From assembly GCA_964016885.1 (NCBI GenBank), contig OZ024740.1, positions 128,464,001 through 128,528,000 on the forward strand: DNA of 64,000 nucleotides, written 5' to 3'. The DNA is from Eledone cirrhosa. Its lineage: Eukaryota. Positions 53,064 through 64,000 of this stretch are shown here, piece by piece. Each line of letters opens with the position of its first letter. The stretch's first letter is position 1. The notes beneath the pieces are model-generated. The model ran no database searches, was not told the DNA's origin, and worked only from the letters and a program-made list of their open reading frames with translations. A program made the translations under genes and the position numbers.

Positions 53064-54398
53064 AATATTACGAATAACAATAGTAAACTCAACTGCAGCA
53101 ACAACAGCAAAAACAACAGAAAATTGAAGTCTGTAATTCTTATTGCAACTAACAAGACAATGTACAACAATCTTGGTTACAATCTGTTTCATAGTCGTAA
53201 TAACACCATCATGTATACTGTCACAGAATTCATCACCATTTCCCACAATCAATATAAAAAATAATTAAATATATAAACGAATCAAGAATCGTAATTTCAA
53301 ATTAAATGGAGAGAAAGAAAAACAATCTACTCTAATGTCTAAACCTTTATTTAAGTATAACAAATTGTTTTGTTGTAAGTAACACATCATTTGAAACATG
53401 TCTCAACGTGAGTTCTAATATCAACATTCGAAAGTAGTTCCATACATTTATAACCCGCTAAATAAACGGATATTATTTGATGACACTTTTACGATCTAGA
53501 GCAATTTCAGTTAAGTTTTCAGTCATTAATCTTAGACCTACTTTCCATAGAGATATGAGTATTTATTTTACTTTGGTTACAGTTTTGACATTTAGCCAGA
53601 ATATTGACATTAAATAAAGAGCCGAAATATCAAACGTAAACGGTGATAAAGCCGAAAGTGTGTCTGATTGATTGTTCAGTTCGCTCTGGAGAAATAGATA
53701 ACATTCTAAGAGCGAGCTAATAAAAACATATCGAGTCATTAATGCACTTCGGTTAATACTCGATTCAATGGGCAATAAATAAATCAAAACGACATTAAAC
53801 TGTCCTTAACAATTACTCGACCGTACTGAATTTATGGAACAGGTCACCTGGTAATCCTCTAATTAATCTGATTGTATTACGGAAAATGATGAAACTAACC
53901 ACCAACAAAGGTAATCTGCCGTATCAAGGTCAGGTCACAGAAAATGCACAGTTAGATGCAAGAATGGCTAAATGGCTAATCTGCCTATATAGCTTGCCTT
54001 CCTGATGTTGCATACAAAGTAGCATTGGCAATTGTTTCTATACGTTAAAGAGATGAAAGGCAGAGGTATCAGGATCAAGTTTATCTCTCATCCCCCAAGA
54101 AGTCAATAAAATCAGCGAGGATTAAATCATCCTCCTGAATTAGGGCTCGTGCTAAAAGTAGGATTTACTAATATAGACTTTGAATATTTTATATTATTTA
54201 GATGCAGCCGTTTACGTTTTCTGTTTAACACTACTGAAATCCTTCCGATTTCAAAAATATTAATTGCAATTGAATATATGCTGGGGTCGATTTAATTGAA
54301 AATATATTCATGCATGAGATACAAAAACCTTAAGTTTAACAATAATAATATCATAATCATTATCATCAACGTCATCAACGTCGTCGTCAGAGCCACTG

Positions 54399-54429
<31 letters not shown>

Positions 54430-54459
54430 AGTCATCACCAAGTGCGTGTGTATGTATGC

Positions 54460-54494
<35 letters not shown>

Positions 54495-54498
54495 ATAT

Positions 54499-54710
<212 letters not shown>

Positions 54711-54832
54711 ATGTACGAAATAATAATTTCTACATACACAGCTGGAGAATCAAAATATTTTCTTTATTGATTAATACGCAATAGATCGTGGTGCTCAGTC
54801 TAGTGGAGTAATGTAATTCATGTTAATTAGAG

Positions 54833-55015
54833 GGCGGTGAATTGGCAGTATCGGTGGAGGGTCGGACGCCATGCTTTCCAGCATAGTTATGTCCCTTTAC
54901 GATCTGAGTTCAAATCCCGCCGAGGTTGACTTTGCCTTTCATCCTTACGGGGTCGATAAAGTAAAGTACCAGTAATGCACTGGGTAATTGCTGGTCTTGT
55001 GCCTAAAGTAGAAAC
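54833..55015 (+). mobile_element. tRNA-derived SINE with 9-bp TSD; central part resembles the Meta/MESC SINE domain
   Basis: A box TGGCAGTATCGG, B box GAGTTCAAATC, core GCCTTTCATCCTTACGGGGTCGATAAA. AATTAGAGG lies at 54825-33 and 55016-24. Confidence 0.9.
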
Positions 55016-56252
55016 AATTAGAGGTAGATTTGACACAACCTAATTCAAAATAATGACGTATACGAAACCATATATGATAGGTTAATGTATAGAAAACATA
55101 CAATATATAGTTTCAATGATAGCACTTCAAACTGTGTGCATATCGCAGCTACGTCAGTCTCGGTGTAAAAACTGTATTTCAGAATTATTATTCATATGCA
55201 TACAACTTTCTTAATACGATACAGACTTAGGTGAATTGGATCACAGCTTAAAATACAACCAATGAGAAGGATTGTATGTTTATTATGCATAACCATATTG
55301 AACGTGGTTCCATATCCGCCTTTAATTGATTGTAAGTTTAAACGTATGCTGGCTGATACTAGTAAGAACATTGCGAATTTCAGAGGACAGTAAATAAACT
55401 CAAGATTGGATTGAAGAATGTGTTCATTGTGAGATTTAAATGTGAAACACAGAAGGATTGAAGAGATGAGTAAAGGCAATTACATTTAGAGGTTGGTGTC
55501 ATTGAAGTCGTACACAGCTTGCTAGTTCAGAAAAACAGAATCCGTAGTATAAATGTCCTAAGTAGCAGACAAAAGCAGGTTAGCGGCTGTAGAATATTGG
55601 TGAACCAAGAAACCCGATGGACGTCTGGTGATGATATGCAACTAACCTCTTAGATATTTCGACAGTATTCTATCAGTTGTCATGTTTAAATTTAAATAGT
55701 ATGGACGGTAAATTTAAGATTTTGTGGACGTGGTGATATAGCTAATTTTTTGAAATGTATTAAGAGGTCATTAAAATTGTGAAATGCAGCGGTTAAAATA
55801 GTTTTTAAGTGTTAATATGTAATGAAGCAAAGAGCAATATTGTGTTTGTGATGAATGTATTAGTTTTGTATTAGTGTTGTTAATGGAAATTAGGCTGTCA
55901 AGTTCGTACTGGGAATTTGAGGCCACAGGTGTAAATTTAATTTGAATGTGGATGACTACTCTGTGCAATCAATTAAAGAATAAAATGTGTGATATTTTCT
56001 ATGTAAGAGCAAGTATTGCAAAAGATTGTAGCTAGAATGTCATTACTGTAGATAAAAAAGCGTGTAAGATACATAAACAAACCTTGATAGGCATAACAGA
56101 TAATATAATGTAGGTCATAGAGAGCTCAATGAGCTCGCACTGCAATGGAATATCTAAAAGAAACTGCTGAGCTAAGAAATTATAGACACAGTGGCCCCGC
56201 TGGAATAATTGAACTTGTTGTTAAGAAATTAAACACACAACATTATTATGCT

Positions 56253-56434
56253 CGGTGGATTGGCAGTATCGGTAGAGAGTCGGAAGCCATGCTTTCCAGC
56301 TTATTTACGTCCCTTTATGATCTGAGTTCAAATCCCGCCGAGGTTGACTTTGCCTTTCATCCTTACGGGGTCGATAAAATAAAGTACCAGTAATGCACTG
56401 GGTAATTGCTGGCCTTGTGTCTAAAGTAGAAACA
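56253..56434 (+). mobile_element. tRNA-derived SINE with 11-bp TSD
   Basis: Same family. ATTATTATGCT lies at 56242-52 and 56435-45. Confidence 0.9.
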
Positions 56435-57770
56435 ATTATTATGCTATTTAGTGAAAGCAAGACTTCTATAGTAAAGATAAACTATTTGTCGAACCGAATC
56501 CATTACGTATTTTTAATTCCCAGTTGGAACCATCTTTCTACTCATAACTTTGCTAATACCCTTCTTATGGAATCAGAAACGTCATAACTCTACTTTACCA
56601 CTCCTCTTTGCTATAATTATTAGGCTCCATGCCAATATAAGAAAGCCTTATTATAGGTGGCGGCCACTCAATCATTTAACATCTGTGTAATGATAAGAAG
56701 CAAAAGTAAAATAAAATCAAACCCCCCCAAAAAACAAAAAAAACTCCAAACAGACATATCGATTAATCAAGTTTAGTGTGAACAGCTATCGATGTCGATT
56801 CGACTCGACGGCAAATTGCTATCGAGTCGTGTGTGGAGTGGTAAGGGTTGTAGCTGTAGTTGTTGTTGTTTTTGAAGATGATGAAAGGGAGGTGGTGTAT
56901 GATAATGGTGTTGATGATATAGCTGTTGCTAATACTTTTCTTCACTACATGATTATCTTCAAGAGTAAAGGCAAGATTTTGACGGGTCTTATCGGTTCCA
57001 CGTATAAAAATAAAACGGGGCGTGAAGAAGATATATGTGTTATTTTTGTTTAACATCATGTCAACTCCCAATTGAGCAGACATATAATCAAAGACGTTCC
57101 ATCCTCGTCCAACCTACCTCTTTAGAAGTTACTTGGTATATGTTTTTAAATGTAACATTTCCTTATTTAAAAATGTAAGCTATGATTTGAGGGAGATTTA
57201 GGTACTATTTCTAGCAGAAAAACGCCGTTGTAGAGCAACGCTCCTCGGCCGTTGGTCCCGGAAATGAAGTGTTTCTGAAGTGGTCGCTAGGGGTTCCGGG
57301 AGAAACAATGATAAATAAGCTAATGGTATATAATAATTACATGGAAGGTTCCCTGAGGCATACAAACTATTTCAAGAGTTCCACAAGAGTAAACAGATTG
57401 CAAAACACTGATGTAGAAACTCATTTGTTGGTACATAGGCTCTCACGTCAGTTAGAATACTCTCGTCTGTATGTGTGTGTTGTGTGATAAAGATGTGTAA
57501 CAGGGAGTGAAGTAAATGAGAAAATTCAAATCAGAAAATAAGATAGAGAGAAAGAAAGTTAAAAAGGAGAGAAAAGGATAGAAAAGGAGAGACAAAAATA
57601 AAAATAAAGAGAATGCATGTATATTCTTGTGAAAGAAAAAAGGGAGAGGATGCAAACGTGTATGTGTTAAAGAGAGACAATACGATCGCTTGTATGTGTA
57701 ACAAAAACACAGGATGACAAAGAGAGAAAGTGAGAGAGATAGAGATAGAGATAGATAGATAGAGAGATAG

Positions 57771-58681
57771 ATATATTTCTTTATTAGCCACAGGGGCACA
57801 AAAGAAGGGGACAAATACAAAGGGGGAAGTTTACATACAATAAAAACGTGTAAAATGTTATCACAGATGGAATTTAAAAGTTAGTCGATTTTCCCCAATA
57901 GAGGGAGACAGTTTATATGGGTAACACAGACCCCCGAAAAAAATGTGCAACCCTCATCTCCAGGAGTACGAAGAGCTTGTACTCCTTTCCTCTCCTCCTC
58001 CTTTTCCTCAACCTACAGGCTGATATAGAGAGAAGGCCCATTCACTCGGGCCATTCTCGCCACTTTCACCCACCTTTCATAAAACTTGCTGGGGTACAGC
58101 ACCTCTCTCTCCATCCTGATTCTTCTTCCAAAGTGGTATTTGAAAAAAAGAATCAGTTGTTGGCCGGAGAGAAAGGTGTCTGACCTCAGCCCTTTCAACC
58201 TTGTCCACCATACAACCTCTTTCGGCATAGCTATCACACAAAGGAAAACCGCCTCTCCTTCGTTTTTGAAGGAGGGTGGCGGTTTGATCATGACAATGGA
58301 CTCGGTGGTCAACTGGATTGGTCCCACCCGCGACAATAGTCGTTCTACATAGCCCCACAGGTCAGTGACGCCCGGGCAGTGTATGAATGCGTGCGCGACG
58401 GTTTCTTCGTCTCGCACGCACCTCGGACAGATCTTTTTTGCAGGGTCCCTGCCCGGGCGCCCATGTCTGTAGAGCTTGTCTCGAACTGGTAGAGCTCCTC
58501 GGTAGCACTGCCAGGCCAGGGACTTTTGGAAGTTGTCCATCGGTCCCGGGCGGAAGGTCCTACCGAACAGACTGGCCAGTTCATCTTCCTCCACGCCTAG
58601 AGTTTCACCGAGCGCGTCGTCGCACTTGCTGCGGACCAACCCTCTATAGAATGACGAAGTGGAGTCTCCACTGATCGCTGG
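57771..58681 (-). mobile_element. Tx1-group LINE 3' fragment of a further subfamily, inside a (GATA)/(GA) microsatellite
   Basis: MDNFQKSLAWQCYRGALPVRDKLYRHG..CPRC..HAFIHC..RWVKVARMARVNGP; ends CCCCTGTGGCTAATAAAGAAAT. Confidence 0.9.
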
Positions 58682-59199
58682 GAGATAGATAGATCGATAG
58701 ATATATTTAGATAGAGAGAGAGAGCATGGGCTTTAAGTAAAAAAAATAATGCTTTTATGTGTGTGTGAAATAAAGTGAATGATTTAATGTGTTAGTGTGA
58801 GAATGTGTGTGTTAGAGTTAAAGAGATAATGAAATACAGAAGTAGAAATGAAATTGGTAAAGAATGGTCATGCCAAGATATGTTCTATTTTTTCGCTTGC
58901 GTCATTCTTTTTAATGAGAAGTGTGTGAGAGTGTTGACAGTTATGAAGAGTGTTCTAGAACATAGCAAAGTGATGACAATATTCTCCAGCTGTATATGCC
59001 AGAATACTCTATGTTGGCATAAAGCTGCAGTTAATTAAACAACCTCAGAATATGACTGGTATTTATCGACACCAGGAGGATGAAAAGCGAAGTTGACCTC
59101 GGTGACATTTGTACTGAGAATCTAAACAAATTGAACCAATATCGCTTCAACTTCCTCATATTCAAATATGTCAAAGTTATACTTAAACAGTAATAGGTT

Positions 59200-60420
59200 T
59201 TCTTGAGTTGTGCTGAGAGAAATGCAAATTATATTGTTGCTGTTGTTGTTATACATTCAGCCCGGTGTTACAGGTGTTACATTTTATTTTAGTTTGAAAT
59301 ATAGTAAGACAGAAAAAAGGGTGTTTATATTGGATCTTTTAGTAATGGAGAAGGTTATGTTGTGGGTAGGTGTGACGTCTGAAAAGCAAAACTTATAGGG
59401 AGGATTAAGTCTTGAGAGGAAGAGTTGGAGTTAAATCTATGACAGTGAGATCGGACTCTATGCTAGTAACGGTTACATTTTTTGTTGGAAACAAGCTAAA
59501 GTGCTGTGTATTTGGTTTTAACAAGTGAGTTGGAGTAAATATAGAAGAATTTTTGTATGAACTTGATTCTGATGGTGGAAGTTCTCATTATTATGATTCT
59601 GAATATGGTTATGACATTTCAAATATACACGAAGCCCAAATTCAGTTTTGACCGATCAAATATATTTCAAAGCAATCCAACCATTCCCACTTACTTTTTT
59701 TTTATTTATTAGACATTGTGTACCCCGTACTACATTACCTCTTTTTAAGACGCTAGCGCTTTGTTTGTAAGACATTTGACTGCCATATCTAGTAAGTTGA
59801 ACGACTGCGTATACATTACATCGTTGGCGAGTTTCAACAGTTAATGCTATTGTTGAGTTTGTTGTTGATTTGCAATGACTAGATTCGGGAAGATGGTATT
59901 TCATATGTCTGTCGTTGATGTTGTTTTGCTCAAGATCAGCTTTGATCGAGTAGACATATGATAACAGGCAATTCATCCATGACTCTCCTGTTGATTTTAG
60001 AGGTACATAGGACAACCTTATCCAATATGTTGTTCAGATTTAAAGATGGGAGGTTGTAGTTTGAGGAAATTATGTTTGTTATCTGAAGCAGGCCAATTGA
60101 TCGTGTAGTTGCTCTCAATGCGATGACGGTATTGGATAGAAGAGTGGTGAAGATTATGTTGTGATTGTTTTATTTAACCTTAATCAAACCAGGTGGATTT
60201 GAATGAAATAAATACCGAGAATGACTATCATGTAGTTTATTTTTTAAAAATGATGTACCATAGATTACTTTGTCCAGTATGGTCTTTTACAAATGAGGAT
60301 TTGAGGGAGATATGGTATTATTTCTACCAAGCTGGACAGCCGTGTCGAGCAGCCTTCATTTGGCTTGGAGTACATTTTCTAGCTAGATTTTGTAACGAAG
60401 GAAGATATTTTTGTTGTTAT
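59200..60420 (-). pseudogene. Possible heavily decayed Penelope-like element C-terminal (GIY-YIG) region
   Basis: Fragments such as ATTRSIGLLQITNIISS and YSIKADLEQNNINDRHMKYHL loosely resemble PLE linker and endonuclease segments; no intact motif. Confidence 0.25.
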
Positions 60421-60547
60421 GGTCGTCATTAGATATTAGATATGTTGTTGGCTATGATGGTGAGAGAAATGTAGAGGTAATGATGGAAAAAGGTAGACAG
60501 AGATACACACGCGCACACATATATATATACATATACATGTGTATGTA

Positions 60548-60613
<66 letters not shown>

Positions 60614-61482
60614 ATACACACACACACATATATATGTATATATATATATATGTATATATGTGTGTGTGTATGTACTGATGTACAGAGTGAGTTAGTGAGT
60701 GACAGAAAAAAGAGACCGAGAAAGAGAGAAAGGGAGAGAGCAAGTGAGAGACGGAACACATGGCCGATATTTTAAGACGCCATTAACACTGGCGTATCAA
60801 TCAACTGCATCGACCTCTGATTGATATCCAACAAACTCTATCTGTAGAGATAATCAATAGAAGTTGATTGTGTGTGAAGTTGTCTCTGTATGTATGTGTA
60901 TATAACCGTATATCTATGTGCATCTGTATGGGTGTAAATAGATGATTGGCTACATGTGACTGGCTGCGTGAGGTTGATTGGTGTGTGTGGAAGTCTCTAC
61001 GAGGAATGATTGCATATGTGTGTATGTGTGTCTGGTTATGTGAGGAATGATTATGTGTGCGTGTGTCTTTTGTTTGTATCTGTGTGTGTTTTTCTATAAG
61101 ACTGAATAAATATCTTTGTGTAAATTGTTATACGCAGATGACAGTCTATAGAGTTTGTATGTATAACTAGCTGTATTTGTAACAGACAACATATGTGTCT
61201 GGCAGTAAATGCATGGCTGCTTGCATGCGTATAGTTGTGTGGAACTGTATGTATGTATATATGTATGTATGCCTGCATGTAAATATGTATTTATGGATGT
61301 ATGTATGTATGTGTGCATGTATGTATGTATATGCACGTATGTATATATATATATATAAATGTACGTACCTGTGTATGTACGCCTGCCTGTATATATATAT
61401 ATATATATGTATGTGTATGTATGAAGAAGTGTATGTGTATGCATATATGTATGTTTGTATGTGTATAGCTCTCTATCTCTCT

Positions 61483-61526
<44 letters not shown>

Positions 61527-61974
61527 GAATCACTCCCTGTAAGTGTATGTGTGCATGTAGGACAAGCTGCGTTTGGTTAGTGTGTACAAGGTTATATGCT
61601 AGTATGCGTATGCTTGTTGTGTAACATGAATGAACGTATTTAGTAAGATGAATGTATGTTCTTTATTAAACTATGTGTAAGGTGTGGTTGGTGTGTGCGT
61701 GTGCAAGTAGTGTGAATGTTGTGTGCGCGAGTGTGTGGTGTATTTGTTGGTGAGCATGTGCTAATGTGTGTGGGTAAGTTAGTAGTTTGCGTTCATGGTG
61801 TTTGTGCGTGTATGCGTTTTAAGGTGTCAGAATGGCGAATAAAGCTAGAAATCGATATAAAGGTGATGGTTACGGGCAATGAGAACATTTCTAGTGATAG
61901 AGTGAGAGGGAGAAAGAATGTATGCACACATACTTAAACTGAGAGATTCAGAGAGAGAGAGAGATACAGAGAAC

Positions 61975-61991
61975 TGCTGCTGATGTTGCTG

Positions 61992-62038
<47 letters not shown>

Positions 62039-62178
62039 GCTGCTGCTGCTGTTGCTGTTGCTGCTGCTACTGGTGATGATGTTGATGTTACTTCTACTAC
62101 TGTTACTACTAGTAGCAGCAGAAGCAGAATAACTATGACTACTTCTAATGCTACTACTGCTGCTGCTGCTGCTGCTGC

Positions 62179-62263
<85 letters not shown>

Positions 62264-62275
62264 GCTGCTGTAGTT
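61975..62275. repeat. Compound trinucleotide microsatellite (CTA/CTG/CAA)n
   Basis: Read directly from the sequence. Confidence 0.95.
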
Positions 62276-62367
62276 GTATTCACACCAGCAGCAGTGACAG
62301 AATAATCAGTGATACATAGATTGAGAGAAAGATATAGTAAGAATAACAGCAAGTAACTAAGAGAGTG

Positions 62368-62416
<49 letters not shown>

Positions 62417-63552
62417 GAGAGAGAGAGAAAGAGAGATAGAGAGAAAGACAGTTGATTATAGATAAATAGGTAGACAGAGAACGTGTATGTGAGTATGAGA
62501 GAGAAAAACATGATGAAGTACTTTGATGTGAAAAGAAACTGGTGACCCAATGACAGAGCCTATATGTTGTCGCTCACTATGCTAGAAGCAGCAACCGTAT
62601 TTTATTCAACTGCAAACTTACCATCTTAGATAGGAAAGCGGCACATTGTATGGCGAAGTGCATGATAGTCCCAAAATGATAGCTTATTTATGACTATCAT
62701 GACTAGATTATTTATAGCAATATATCTGCTCTGTTATGAGATTCCTTTTGGGCTAAATACCGACAGCTGGTATCTGTTGTCTAGTTAATTCTAGTCGTAA
62801 TATTTCTATTTATTTATCTTTGTTTTGCTAAAAAAAACCTGTAAATGCATGAAATTGCATGCCAGCAAAGTGGCTGATACAGTAGAGTTGCAGGAGATTG
62901 TTTGCTTTACGTGACTGTTTTAATGCTTATATTTATATATATTTACAATGTGACACTTTAGTTCTCGATAACTAAAACTGATTTTATCAAAGTGATTCTC
63001 GTTTCTTCCTAGTTTTCTTCTCTCCCTCTCTAGCACTCTCCACATGTTTCCCACATTATCTTACAATCGTGTTCTTCCTTCCCCTCCTCTCTAGCTCATC
63101 AAACTGCCTGTAATCCCTTCAATTCAGTAGGTACAAGGACCTCTTCTTTTAAATTCAGCAACCCAACTACGAAAGTAAGATATAATTTATTTCTTTGTTC
63201 CAGTGTTGGTATGTGGCAAACTTCACATGTTAAGTCTGTTCACTATTTATTTCTAGTCGTAATAGTTTTATGTATTTCTCTGTTTTGGTTGAGAGTCATA
63301 CGTGATTTCTGTTTATTCTTGGTATATTTATCGGCCCACATGTATCTTACGATCAGAGTGGTTCTCCAATATGCTACACGAACTATCATTATAAATGCAA
63401 TACCACCTTAATGCGTGAAATAGCACGCCAGCAAGTTCGTTGAAGAGGTACTAATGCAGTTGTCTCTTTGTCTTATGTAACTGTTTATCTCAGCATTTTC
63501 TGCTTATATATGTACATGTATGTATGCAAGTATGTATGTATATATACACATG

Positions 63553-63598
<46 letters not shown>

Positions 63599-63600
<2 letters not shown>

Positions 63601-63780
63601 AACGAGTAGGACCCCGACGGCTGAGCTCAAGCCGTTTCGACGGCTAATTCTGGACTCAGAATTAGCCGTCGAAACGGCTTGAGCTCAGCCGTTGGGATCC
63701 TACTCGTTCCTATTACCCACTCTACTACCCTAAGTATTGAGTACTTTGGTGCGTTATGGTCCACCTGGTTCCTTACCACC
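63599..63780 (+). mobile_element. Short form of palindrome-plus-tail family 1
   Basis: A 112-bp palindrome at 63599-63710 plus a 70-bp tail, with (TA)n on both sides. Confidence 0.85.
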
Positions 63781-64000
63781 ATATATATATATATATATAT
63801 ATATGTAAAAGTTCTATTTAAATTGTTGGGATACAACAAGCAAATATTTTTATAACTGATATAAAGCACCCAACACATATTTGGAGTAAAAATACGATAT
63901 TAACAAATGGAAACTATATTTATAAAACCATATTTATTTCATTATACATATTTCAAGGACACCAAGTTAAATTATGGTGTGCTTTCATCAGATAAAATAT

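Noticed and set aside
54833-54920. tRNA gene calls at SINE heads
   Set aside because: A and B boxes are present but there is no cloverleaf; they continue into SINE body and TSDs.
59560-59650. Hammerhead-like CTGATGG..CGAAGC
   Set aside because: Both core boxes deviate and there is no convincing stem I or III.

Overview
AT-rich, microsatellite-dense animal genomic DNA with no host gene I can support. The SINE types and the (TA)n/(GT)n load suggest an octopus or other coleoid cephalopod (inference). The window is essentially a community of retroelements sorted by microsatellite. (1) There are at least six Tx1-group (L1 superfamily) LINE copies or pieces; one has an intact 1139-aa APE-RT-CCHC ORF2. 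(2) A ~20 kb array (24.5-44.9 kb) has Tx1 copies (minus), two R4/Dong-like RLE LINEs (plus) and a SINE chained through (TAA)n runs. (3) There are single CR1, RTE and CRE relics, and tRNA-derived SINEs whose 3' end resembles the Tx1 3' end. (4) Most notably, several non-coding 'inverted repeat + one-sided tail' elements sit in (TA)n and carry type I hammerhead ribozyme motifs. The best one is near-canonical, at 50149-50303, mirrored at 48822-48976. These elements share a tail motif and fit inverted pseudo-LTR products of Penelope-like elements. All alignments and folds were done by eye, and boundaries are approximate unless stated.
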